64,000 nucleotides of DNA from Negaprion brevirostris (taxonomy: Eukaryota), in assembly GCA_030324005.1 (NCBI GenBank), contig JARDVH010000042.1, positions 103,126,955 through 103,190,954 on the forward strand, written 5' to 3'. The notes beneath the pieces were generated by a model. That model made no database searches. It saw only the letters and a list, made by a program, of their open reading frames with translations, and was not told the DNA's origin. Shown here piece by piece: positions 1 through 11,434 of the stretch (the first letter of the stretch is position 1; the number at the start of each line of letters is the position of its first letter). A program made the translations under genes and the position numbers.

Positions 1-35
1 ATGGCCTACTCCTGCTCCTATTTCTTATGTTCTTA
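1..35 (+). mobile_element. CR1 LINE 3' terminus
   Basis: atggcctactcctgctcctatttcttatgttctta matches the 3' tails seen at about 14657-14690 and 22996-23025. Confidence 0.6.
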
Positions 36-384
36 AAACTTCCAGGAGTGAATTGTTTCGTAGAACTGGTCTATCTGGGACAATAAAGTGTCTCGGAGTG
101 AATGTGAAACTGGAATGAAAGTACCTGGGATATAAGGGGCACAGGAAGAGGTTGGAGAGCAAGTAAACGAGCTGGACTATTAAAAAGTGTGAATGTTGGA
201 TCTTAAAGAGCACAGAATGAATTGGAGAGTGTTATTGGATTAGATGTTAAAGAGTATGCTGAATAAGCAGAAGTGTTTATTATAGACTAGATTGGATATT
301 AGACAGTTTGGAAGAATGAGGTTAAATTATGTGGGTTTATTTTGTGACAATATTAACCATGGGTGTAAATGTTTGTATCTACAG

Positions 385-478
385 GTACAATCATGATGAC
401 TCTGAGACAATACATGATGAAGTCATCTTTTCAGCCACAGATGGTTCAAATTCAGCTGAATGTATTCTAGAAATCAAG
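385..478 (+). CDS. FREM1: FREM1 coding exon (window exon 1), CSPG repeat
   Basis: ctacag|G acceptor and AAG|gtcagt donor; encodes (R)YNHDDSETIHDEVIFSATDGSNSAECILEIK, with the typical CSPG-repeat YxHDDSE motif; 94 nt, phase 2 to 0. Confidence 0.9.
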
Positions 479-1077
479 GTCAGTAGGAGTATTATGATAA
501 TAGTCAAGGGGCAGTGGAAGCAAAATAAAAGCTTCCAAGAACTTACATTATGACAGCCTTTTCCCATGTTGTTTCATATAGGAGCTTCTGGCAACTGGTG
601 TATAAGATACAAGTTTATTTGTCAAATTTCAGATTTACTAATCTTTTGTGATGCATAATTATCTCCAAGGTATTGTATTACTTCAATTATTGCATTGGCT
701 TTCTTGCGGCCTTTCCTGGCACAGGAACAAAACTCCCTGTTCACTCACCTTTTGCATGTTCAATTTTTCTTTCTCTTCTTCACTTTCATGCATTGAAGAA
801 ATTCATTTCTTCCACTGCTTTGCATCAAGGAGTTTGTGCTTTAGTTTGTTTCCACAATAAGACTGATTGACAACCTGACTTACAAATCCTTACTAGGAGC
901 ACTGGCAAAATAGGATGGGGTGGGAAGCTACTGTTAGACTCAAATGCCTTACTCAATGTTAACTCATTATTCTGAGACTGGAACTCTTGTCCCTCCTTGT
1001 CAGGATCATGTAGTTAACTGTGGTTCTACTCATAATATTTCAATCTTCCTTTTTCCAATTTTACTGAAAAATACATT

Positions 1078-1305
1078 TTTGTCAAAGCTTTTCTTCTTGT
1101 ACTCATCAGGACATTTGAAAGAATACAACATAAGGAAAACCAACAAATTTTTACTGTATAAGAAGAGAATGCTCATTGCTTAGCAAGTGGACTCTGCTAG
1201 AGACTCTACATAATACACCAGTTAATGGTGACTGACAGTTAACTGCCAAGCATTGTTAGAAATTTAAACCAAGCAGCTTGAGTGGTCAAGCCACTGACCT
1301 GAGGA
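1078..1305 (-). mobile_element. Penelope-like element terminal fragment with decayed hammerhead-like core
   Basis: Reverse complement of 1081-1112 reads gtcCTGATGAgtacaagaaGAAAagctttgac; related sequence at 31360-31470 (+). Confidence 0.45.
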
Positions 1306-1554
1306 NNNNNNNNNNNNNNNNNNNNNNNNNNNNNNNNNNNNNNNNNNNNNNNNNNNNNNNNNNNNNNNNNNNNNNNNNNNNNNNNNNNNNNNNNGGTTGC
1401 ATGTTTATTTATACTGTGAACACAACCAAAATATATAAGGCTGATATTGTCAGGTTAATTTACATGTTAAAAATGATTTTCTTATGTATCTAACAGTAAT
1501 ATCACGACTTGACATCAAATAAAAAGAACTGTTTTCCCTTCTTTCCTACATTTT

Positions 1555-1750
1555 TTTCTTTTTTATGGAATGTGGATCTTGTTGGCTAGACCAGCATTTT
1601 GTTGTCCATCCCTAATTGCCTTTTGAGAAGGTGATGATGAGCTGTCTTCTTGAACTGATGTAGTCCATCTGGTTCAAGCGCACCCACTGTGCTGTTAGAA
1701 AGGGATTTTCAGGACTTTGAGCCAGTGATAGTGAAAGAGCAACAGTAAAA
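1555..1750 (-). mobile_element. LINE (CR1/L2-type) 3' fragment
   Basis: ccagcatttttgttgtccatccctaattgccttttgagaaggtg is the reverse complement of the tail at about 38575-38620. Confidence 0.6.
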
Positions 1751-3006
1751 TTCTAAGTCAGAGCCTTCCAACCAGCCTGGCTCATCACTTGTCCATTTCT
1801 ATTGTCCTGAACCACTCTGATGTTATCTGCATGGGTGTCACAACTTGAAACACCAATTTGTGGGTGACGTATTGTTTTGTTTTTGAACTGGTGTGAGGAT
1901 TCATATGAAACCCCAGTGAGAATAACCGGTCCAGTCATATTACAACAATTATTAAAGACTATTTACTAAATTAAAGAAAGATAAATGCACATGGATAGCA
2001 CTTCACTACTCTTAAGACAATTAAGTATCTAAATCACTAAATACACACTGTTTATGTAGAAATTATCCCTTGTCCCAAAGTATATCTAAGATTGCTGAAC
2101 TACTTAAGACTTCCCCATCCAANNNNNNNNNNNNNNNNNNNNNNNNNNNNNTCTGGGAAAATCAATTTCCTGATCCAGAAATGATATTTAAACTGTCTTC
2201 ACAAAGAATTCAGCACAGCCTTGACTCTAAGACTTAGATGCAGGCCTAGCCTCCTGGCTGTGAATTGTGGACTGGCACCTCAGGCCGTTAGATATACGCT
2301 TGACTCATGGCTGTTAGATGTAAACTGGCCTGCCTGTTTCTAAGAGTGCAGGCAATTGTACCATCTTTTTCCCTTTGATTCTTTAGTCTGTGTATTTGGC
2401 TCCCTGAATCTCTCAAATTCCTGCTCTCTAGAAATTAGCATGTTTATACATCCATTGATCTCCCAATCATCTAGGTAAGCTGTTTCCTAATAATAAGATG
2501 AGTTACATCTAGTCCTGTCTAGATGCCTGTGAACCTCATTACTGGGAAAATCGCATCTTTTCAATGCCTTTTAAATGCTGGCTGCCACTGTCACTAGGCA
2601 GAATTCTCCCTGTCGCTGAGCAGATTAGATTCTATCATGTTAAATTTATGATATTGCTGTTGTTAAGCAGATCCATGACACGTATGCCCTTCTAGCATCT
2701 ACTTCTGGAGGGTAGATTTGAAAAGAATTCCTCAATGAGAAAATGGGTGAGAGATGGGTAGAATGTAGAAATTGTTTATCCATGGGGATAGACATTGAAT
2801 TATATTGGAGAATAGTATTCGACCCAGGTACAAAAAAGTTGCCCAACCAGATCAACATCCCTGTACTTTGGCATTGCCTTGCAATTTTCTCCCCTAGAAG
2901 TATATATCCAATTCCCTTTTGTGGGTTTCACCAGCACTTTCTTGATTATGACAACTCTATACATGAAATAAATTCTCTTTATATCTCCATAGTCTTTTTT
3001 GCCAAT

Positions 3007-4577
3007 TGTTATGATCCTGTTAGAACTGGATGGAACCCTGGCTCAGTAGCCATAACTTTTTTTTATACAGATGAACAGTGTCACAGAACTGCTTTTTGTA
3101 AAATAATAAAACATTCACTATAAAAGACTGACTATAATACAATATCCTTTCATCTCTCCTCTACCCTGTACAAACATGCACATATTTTTAAGGATAACAC
3201 ATGTTATAGAACATATCTTGTGCTACATTGTTCTCAGTATGTACACAGTTCCTTAAACCAATAAAGCAACTATGGTCAGACATACCCCACTCTGAAAGTA
3301 AATGGCAGATGTCACCCTATACAACTTCCATGGATTTCTCATTACATCCTTCTAACTGCTTATCACACTGTGACTCAAATTGTCTCTCTGGAACTCCAAT
3401 TTTGGCATGGATATTTCCAAACTCTACTCATGAACAACACACCTTATAATCTCTCAAATAATATCTTTCTCTCAGGCACCAATAATCCACTTCCAAGATT
3501 TCAATCAATCCTTTCACTATTCCTCTGCCTTGAAGTTCCACTTGCATTCAAACTCCCACTCAAACTCTCAGATGTCCAGCCATGTTGTTTCAGCACCAGT
3601 GTTTCACAGGATGTACGACGGTCACCAACCTGAGGATTACTTCAGATATCTGGCTTCCTTTCAACCAAATTCACCGGATCTGTATAGTTCCACTTTATCT
3701 TTAATTAAAAGACTCTCCCTTCTTCTTTAACTTCAATGAACAGTACTTTGTACAAATTCCAGTTCCTCCTATCGCTTTAACTTCATCTTCCTGAGATATC
3801 TCTTTTGTTCCATGGTTTCTAAAACTATTATTTAACTTCTTCAACTTGCTTTCTTTCCATTATTCTATTGTTCTACCTCTCTGCTTCTGGAAGATTCTGT
3901 GAGAGCTGCTTTCTCTCCAACTACCTAGTTCCAACTACTACTGGGTCCAACTTAATGAACTCAGAAATGATTTCTAACTGAAAGTGGCCCCAGTTGCTAA
4001 GCGACAAACTAATCTTTCTTTAGCATTTCTTTGTTTTCAGGTCGTAAATTCTTTAATCACAATTTAGGCACAATTTGAAATGAAACTAAAATCCCATGCA
4101 TACAAGCACCTTTGTTAATCACGAATCTAGCTAAAGTTTTTAACCATTTCTTATGTCAAAACAAAAAATTAAACTCAACTAAAGCCATGTCTTATTTTTA
4201 ATATCCAAAAATGCAAATAAGTTTATTTATTAGTGTCACAATTGGGCTTATATTAACACTGTAGTGAAGTTACTGAGAAAATCTTCTCTACTCACACTGT
4301 TGGGGTGCGCTGAGAGAGAATTCAGTATGGCAATGCACCTAACCAGAATTTGGACTGTGGGAAGAGACCGAGGACTCAAATTTAAGAACATGTGGTGGGA
4401 TACTTCTCCCACTCCACTGTATGTTACACAATGGCAGGAGGCAGCGTGCGCTCACTGGTGGCAGATCTTTTGGTCCTGCCTGACACGGAGAAAATGGCAC
4501 TGTGAGGCAGCAGTGCTAATGACTGTGCCACTGTGCTGCCCATATCAATCACATATAACCATCTGTTTCCTGTAGCA
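3007..4577. mobile_element. Probable solo LTR or LTR-like repeat interrupted by a SINE
   Basis: Starts tgttatgatcc and ends tgtagca (TG...CA); strong pyrimidine skew; similar-looking blocks at about 1900-2640 and 10570-11603; boundaries approximate. Confidence 0.35.
4221..4541 (-). mobile_element. tRNA-derived SINE (V-SINE/HE1-like), internally disrupted
   Basis: Reverse complement of the gggcagcacagtggcacagt...agcactgctgcctcacag head; tail gtgacactaataaataaac. Confidence 0.65.
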
Positions 4578-5203
4578 AACGCCAAAATCTTTCTCCCGTT
4601 CACACTGTTTTTGGTCCCGCTGATGATGCACTCCTACTGTGGGTTTTTGAGTGATGAGGGGTGATTTCAACAGAAAACTCCATTGACAATGGCAGGACTA
4701 TAAGCCCACACCATCAGCGAGTGTGTGTTGCCTCCTGCCATTGTGTAACATGCAGTGGAGTGGGAGAAATATCCCAGTGTTCTTAAATTTGAGTCCTCAG
4801 ATTACGAGCTCTCCTGTCAATGGAAGCATTTTCTCCTTACTTCCACTTTGAAAATTCTTCATGATTTGAAACGCCTTTATTCAACTTCTCCAGAACCTTC
4901 ACTGTATTAAAGTGAACAATCCTTACAACATCTATGCTAACTTGGCAGACATAATTAGGACCTCAGCACAGTAAACTGGCAAGCCACATCCAGGGGGAGA
5001 AAGTCAAACATAGGTATATGACTAAAACAAATACAAAGAGCTCCACTCCAAAGTTTTATGGGATCTTATGCAGCAATACACAAGGAATTTCCACAGTTCA
5101 CATTGATGAAAAGGTACCTATCTCTTGCAGACAAGACACATTCTCACCAATGTTTCCCCATTATTACAACAAAATAACTGATGAGTACTATTTTCCAGAG
5201 TAT

Positions 5204-5424
5204 CCTTTTGGCTAAGATGAAGTGTAGTATCGACATGCAGTACTTGCTTGAAGTCATTAGGTTACATTTTAACTTCATTTGAAGCAATTTCTAAAAGCGG
5301 CATCTCGGCCTTTTGGCTAAGATGCAAATGAATCAAGCCTTGGAGGTGCAATGCTTACACCAATCAGCATGGATCCTGTTGATCAAGCCCAAGACAGGAG
5401 GTGAGAGCCCTGTCTTATCAGCTT
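5204..5424 (+). pseudogene. Cluster of U2 snRNA 5'-derived fragments
   Basis: 5204-5231 matches U2 nt 13-40 at 27/28; 5303-5323 matches U2 nt 7-27 at 21/21; 5410-5424 loosely resembles U2 nt 40-55 (compared with the vertebrate U2 sequence from memory); no full-length U2. Confidence 0.75.
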
Positions 5425-5574
5425 GGATCGGGAATGGCTCAACTTGTTGAGACTCTGAATTGGACTTGATTTGATTGAATTGGAATTTTAAAAAATCTGT
5501 TTGCTCTAATGATTCTGTAGGCAGTGACCTGTTCCAGACTAATTGATTTGAATGGTGATCCCATAGTACTGGAA

Positions 5575-5895
5575 ATCTCAATGTCGTTCAATAGTCAGGA
5601 CTGCTGCCATACAATACCATGGACCCGGTTCAATTCTGGGCTTGGATCACTGTCTGTGGAGAGGAGTCTCTCTGTGTCTGCATGGGTTTCCTCCACGTGC
5701 TCCAGTTTCCTCCCATAATCTGAAAGGCATGCAAGTTAGATGCATTGGCCATGCTAAATTCTCCTTCAATGCACCCAAACAGATGCCAGAATGTGCAAAC
5801 CAGGGGATTTTCACAATGATTTCATTGTGGTCTTAATGTAAGACCACTCGTGACACTAACAGATAAACTCTAAACTTAAACTTTAAAATTTTAAG
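5575..5895 (+). mobile_element. V-SINE/HE1-like SINE, decayed
   Basis: gggcttggatcactgtctgtggag...gggtttcctccacgtgctccagtttcctccca...attggccatgctaaatt core; simple-repeat tail. Confidence 0.7.
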
Positions 5896-6224
5896 ATTAA
5901 AAATAATTACCAATCAGACTAGAATCTAGTGTGTTCAAAGGGGTTGAACATGATTTTACATGATAGTTTGAAGTTTATCTTATCAGTATCATAAGTAGGC
6001 TTATGTTTACATTATAACGAAGTTTTTGTCAAAATCCCCTAGTCGCCATATTCTGGTGCCTATTTGGGTACACTGAGGGAGAATTTAGCATGACCAATGC
6101 ACATAACCAGCAAGTTCTTTTGGACTGTTAGCGTAAAACAATAGAATTTATTACTTTAAAGTTAATTAGAACAAATATTGGAAAGGTGTAAAAAGGTCTG
6201 CCAATTCTTCCCTCATTTTACAAT

Positions 6225-6413
6225 AATAAGTAGTCTTACAATACCAGGTTAAAGTCCAACAGGTTTATTTGGAATCATGAGCTTTTGGAGCGCTGCATCA
6301 TTGAAGGAGCAGTGCTCCAAAAGCTCATGATCCAAATAAACCTGTTGGATTTTAACCTGGTATTGTGAGGCTTCTTACTGTGCCCACCCCAGTTCAACAC
6401 CGGCATCTCCATG
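6225..6413. mobile_element. Penelope-like fold-back (inverted terminal) fragment with TSD
   Basis: Arms of about 70 bp (6225-6295 and 6305-6379) are near-perfect inverted repeats; flanking direct repeat tcattttacaat at 6213-6224 and 6414-6425. Confidence 0.65.
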
Positions 6414-6636
6414 TCATTTTACAATGAAGTCAAGATCTACCCAAAACATAGTATTTGTTCAACGTAGTATTTGTTGGATGCAAAAGCATTTGATATTTGT
6501 TGATGGACGTTTTTTGACAAAAACATTGGCTCCTTGTGAACTTTAATCCTGTTCCCAACATCGCGCACAAGAGATTAGTAGACAGACATTTCTATTATAG
6601 CCCAGATACTCTTAACTTTATGCATTTCCATTTCAG

Positions 6637-6745
6637 ATATCACCAGTGAATGATGAACCTCCAGCAATGAAGCCTGGTCTGAACCCCATGTTGTATTGCC
6701 CTGAAGGAGAAAAAGTCACCATTACAACAGAAAATCTCTATGCCA
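6637..6745 (+). CDS. FREM1: FREM1 coding exon 2 (3' part lost in N gap)
   Basis: tttcag|ATA acceptor in phase 0; ISPVNDEPPAMKPGLNPMLYCPEGEKVTITTENLYA, then N-run from 6746; donor not visible. Confidence 0.88.
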
Positions 6746-7714
6746 NNNNNNNNNNNNNNNNNNNNNNNNNNNNNNNNNNNNNNNNNNNNNNNNNNNNNNN
6801 NNNNNNNNNNNNNNNNNNNNNNNNNNNNNNNNNNNNNNNNNNNNNAAATGGAAGGTGCACATGCAAAGCATTGTGGCTGGTGGGCATGGGTTGGCATGGA
6901 GGGGGCATGGTGAGGAATGATGGTAGAGCTGGAAGACCTATTATTTAACTAAACAACTGGGCAAAGTCCCAGAGAACAGAAGCAGGCTTTTTATTCAGCC
7001 TGCCTTGTTACTCAGCAGCTCCTGTAGCTGACAACAGTCTGCATCCAGGAACAACAGGCCCGGCTTCATTAAATACCCATGCCCTATCCATAGCGTAAAT
7101 CAGGGCACTTTTTCCTGAGATGGCTGAGCCAAGCCAGGAAATTTCCTGACTCAAACCAATCACCTCAGGAGCGGATGTTCAGCCCAATGTTTTAGGCCTG
7201 TGACCTTTCTTCAGGTTGGATAACTCTTTTTCCCTCTAATACAATCACAATGGGCTTGGTACATTCTTTTGTGCCATAGGTTTTCTACATTTCTATGTTT
7301 CTGTCAAATTCTGCATTTTAAATGACAGCATTGCAACTGTCAAGTGCCTCCAAGTTATTTTAACAGTACTAGTGGAAGGGTTCAGAGGGTTAAATATCCA
7401 AAACAGAGAATTTTTATAGAGTGGGGTGATCATACGGTGCAGAAAAGCATCTTTGGCCAATCAAAACTGCATCAATCAGATTGAGATGTTCAAAATGTTA
7501 AAGGCGTTTGATATTGTAGACATGAGGAAGAATTTCTTCTGGTGGGCAAATCAAGAACGACCATAGATTTCCTAAAATGAGAGTCAGTCCATTTATAAAT
7601 GAAACCCGGAAGCACTTTTTTCTGAATAAGGAGTTATAGAAAAGTGAACCCTCTCCGCCAAATCGCAGTGGATATTAGGATAATTGGAGTTTTCAAAACT
7701 AGGATGGATATATA

Positions 7715-7925
7715 CACAGAAAATGCTGGAAAATCTCAGTAAGTCTGACAGCAACTGTGGAGAGAGAATAGAGCCAATGTTTTGAGTCCAGATGATCTTT
7801 CGTCATCTAGACTCAAAATGTTGGTTCTATTCTTCCCTCATAGTTGATGTTAGACCTGCTGAGACTTTCCAATATTTTCTGTTTTTGTTTCAGATTCCAG
7901 CATCCATAGTATTTTGCTTTTATCT
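7715..7925. mobile_element. Second Penelope-like fold-back fragment (different family)
   Basis: cagaaaatgctggaaaatctcag...gagtccagatga / tcatctagactc...ctgagactttccaatattttctg inverted arms centred near 7800. Confidence 0.55.
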
Positions 7926-8033
7926 TAAGACCAATTGTGATTTGAACTGCCACTGTTAATTCATCAAGATTTTAGTCTTAAATTATTTTATTTGAGCCAT
8001 GACTTCTGTTGTTTGAATTCTCCCTTTCCTCAG

Positions 8034-8228
8034 GTGGTGAGGTGGGCTTAGAACCCTGTTTTGACATCATTACTTTTGTTATCTCGGATTGGGATGGACG
8101 TACAGTAGAAGGCTGCTGCCAAGAGGAAGCACTACCCCCTCCATTACCTATGCATGAATCTCTCCCCGTTTATGATCTCAACATTACTATAATGCCCATC
8201 AACAATCAGCCACCAAGAATTATCATTG
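8034..8228 (+). CDS. FREM1: FREM1 coding exon 3
   Basis: ttcctcag|GT and G|gtaagg; GGEVGLEPCFDIITFVISD...VYDLNITIMPINNQPPRIIIG, a FREM1-characteristic segment; 195 nt, phase 1-1. Confidence 0.93.
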
Positions 8229-8712
8229 GTAAGGAAATAACAAACAATAATGATTTTATACTGGCCTGTGTTCATTTGAAAACTGCAGATTTGATGGTCC
8301 CAGTGTAGTTGAGGTTGGAGGTATAGTAAAGAGGGATAATATTGTGAGATGGGCAGGTTTGAATGAGGATGAGAGGAAGGATCAATATTTAACTGAGTTT
8401 CTTACTTTTGAGAAGAATTATGCAGAACACTCCTTCCAGCCAAAGATTCAACAAGTTGTATGACATAGCCATAAAGTCATAGAGGTTTACAGCATGGAAA
8501 CAGGCCCTTTGGCCCAACTTGTCCATGCTGCCCCTTTTGTTTTTTCACTCAGTCATCTCATTCAACTACCCACCAAAAATGTAAAATCAATTCCATTCTC
8601 ATACATACAGTGCTTTAATAATAAACCGAAGTTATCTTAGAATGAATAATAGATATGATTTTTCACTAATTTCAAATGAAATTCATTCCCATCTGATTCT
8701 GTCTCATTCCAG

Positions 8713-8898
8713 GTGAAACATTTGTTGTTGAAGAAGGCTCATCAGCTGCCATCACAGTTGACCATTTGTGTGCTGGTGACCCTGATAGTGACATTGATGA
8801 GCTGGCCTTTGTTCTGTGGTCTCCACCCCAGTTTGGGTACATAGAGAACACATTACCTTCACCAGGCTATGAGAAGAGCAATATGGGCATCAGCATAG
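8713..8898 (+). CDS. FREM1: FREM1 coding exon 4
   Basis: ttccag|GT and G|gtaata; [26 protein letters not shown]...[24 protein letters not shown]; 186 nt, phase 1-1; not in the ORF track, translated by hand. Confidence 0.93.
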
Positions 8899-9169
8899 GT
8901 AATATCAAACTGAAATCTTGCTGAATTCTTCAATCTACGATAGAATATTTTTTCAACTAGCTGTAAACGTATTTCTGTATTTCCAATTATTACGAAAGGT
9001 TAATGTCTAAATGAACTTATTGGAGGCCATATTCATGACAAAAAATGTTCAGCAAAAGTCTATTTTTCCATAACATTGATGGTAAAACTCACCATTATGT
9101 AACTTCCATTAACTTCCAGAAGTAGCTCAGGAAAAGAAAGTATGGCATGATTTTTCTTTCTCCAAAGAA

Positions 9170-9523
9170 CCATAGAATCCCTGTGGTGCAGAAAGAGGCC
9201 ATCTGGCCCATCAGTTCTGCACCAACTCTCTAAAAGAACATCTCACCCAGGTACCCTCCCCTCCACCCTATCCAGTAACCCTGTGCATTTACCATTGCTA
9301 ATCCACTTAGCCTACACATCTTTGGTCATTAAGGGGCAATTTAGCATGGTCATTCCACTTAACCTGTACATCTTCGGACCATGGGAAGAAACCGGCGCAC
9401 CAGAAGAAACCCACACAGACATGAGGAGAACGTGCTAACTTCACACAGACAGTAACCCAAGACTGGAATAAAAGTTGGGTCCATGAAGCTGTGAGGCAGC
9501 AGTGCTAATCACTGTGCCATCAT
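9170..9523 (-). mobile_element. V-SINE/HE1-like SINE
   Basis: Reverse complement of the full SINE seen at 39823-40188, including the catagaatccc tail. Confidence 0.75.
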
Positions 9524-11278
9524 ACCATTCCTTTAACCAACAAAATGGGCTTGCTCCTCAGTGAAGGCAATGGGCCAGAACCTCCACGGACTGGTAATTA
9601 CAGTCAGATCTTCTCTCGCCCGACCTTCTGACATCGGCTGGCTAAGAATAGTAGCGTACCAGATTCCACATTTAGCCTAAGGAAGTGAATCATGGAATCA
9701 TAGAATCCCTATGGTACGGAAAGAGACCATTCAACCCATGGAGTTTGTACCGACCACAATCCAACCCAAGCCCTCTTCCTGTAACCTGATACAATTTGCC
9801 CTGCTACTCCCCCTCACACTAGGGTCATTTTTGGTGGGTGATGGGATCAAATGGTCATTGAAAGAGTAAGATGGGTTGGGAGTCGGGAACTGCATCAGTT
9901 CTGACATGCTTGCACAACTATTCAACATCACCACCACCACCAACCCCCCCCATTTCTCTGGAGGTAGACCCCTTTGGATAGAAGATTCCTTTTGCTTCCT
10001 GTCCAACTTCTGCAGCAGATAGTATTGCATCAAAGAGTTTTGGATAATGCTCTCTTCCCTATTGGGCCAAGTCTTCTTACAAATCAGACTCTCTTCCCAA
10101 GCATTTCCACAGTAAGAATGTCTCTCCCTTTCAAGAGATTCAGATTGTTTTTTAGAGATGCTCACACAAACTGAGGGTCCTTGCAGAGTCATGCGGGGTA
10201 GTGCTAAATGCATTTCTGAATGGCTGCATGCTGCTATTATTAAAATTCACAATAGCACGAGTCACAATCAACAGGCATGGTTTAATCATGCATTGCAATT
10301 TCTTCTTCCAATTTTAGTCTTTATCCTATTGCTTCCACTAAATGCTTTACTGATTGCAAGGAACCCACATAAACCAAGTTCCATAATCTAACCCAGTGCC
10401 TAATGAACCCATGACACAAAACTGCTGACCACTTGAGAAACTGGTAATCCTATTTGCTGTGATCATAGGCCAGCTTCCAAATGTTTGGTACAATTCAGTT
10501 AGGTGCTAGCATCCTGTTGTTTAAAGTAAAAAAAAGTTGATATTCAATACATACGTTAAGTGAATAAAGCCACAAGATCCTAAAACTAGACTTTATTATA
10601 CAAGGTCAGAAAGTAAAACAACTTGCAATATCTATTTTATATTCTAAAATTCAGAGTTAAATTGAATTGCATATGAACTAATGGGCAAACTCAAAATAAA
10701 TGGCAGATGCGATCAAGGCACGTTCCATGAATTTCTCGACAGCCCACCCAGATGTCAGCATACACTGTGAACGAAATTTTACCTGCATGTCTGCCCAAAG
10801 TTCATATGTTCCCACCTGAGGCCGATGGAGAATGCTGTTCTCTGGGTCTCCCCGCTTCCCAGAATCGGGACGGGTGTGCTGGTAAAAATCAGGCCTGTGA
10901 CTCAATCAATCTCGTAGTAACTCTCTCTCCGTCATGAGGGATTCCAGACTTCACCACGAAGATCTAACCTTGGAGTTCTCTCCAGGATTCACTCCAACTT
11001 AACTTGGGCCTCAACATGACCCACCTTATAGGATTTCAATTTCATCTTCCAAAATTCTGTTTCCCCGGAATTTCCAAATCTGCATTCAAGTACCGGCTCA
11101 CGAGAACAACCTCAGCTCTTCAGTCATACTAAACAGAATACTACTACTCCAAAGAGTTAGCTTTGGCACAAAGAACTGTAGCCACCAACCTTCTGCTGTC
11201 TTCTCAGATGATGAGGGCTTATTTCAAACCCTGATTTCTAAAAGTCTGCCAACTGAAGCCCCTTCTTCTGCTTGGGAC

Positions 11279-11434
11279 CTTTTCTCTATTCCCTTCTCTC
11301 TTTTCTCTATTCCCTTCTCTCTTTTCTCTATTCCCTTCTCTTTTTTCTCTATTCCCTTCTCTTTTTTCTCTATTCTCTTCTCTCTTTTCTCTATTTCCTT
11401 CTCTTTTTTCTCTATTCCCTTCTCTCTTTTCTCT
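11279..11434. repeat. 21-bp polypyrimidine minisatellite, about 7 copies
   Basis: Unit ttttctctattcccttctctc repeated with few substitutions; explains the periodic ORFs at 11219 and 11272. Confidence 0.92.

Noticed and set aside
36-320. Purine-skewed, weakly periodic stretch (ttggagag, ttaaagag recurrences)
   Set aside because: No consistent unit could be defined by eye; probably an old decayed tandem repeat.
5204-5400. Functional U2 snRNA gene
   Set aside because: Only 5' fragments are present; there is no Sm site or intact 3' stem-loops and no recognisable promoter elements.
9731-10213. 160-aa antisense ORF
   Set aside because: No recognisable motifs, overlaps repeat fragments, and has no splice support.
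11279-11434. CRISPR-like array
   Set aside because: Contiguous tandem units without unique spacers, in a vertebrate intron with no cas genes.
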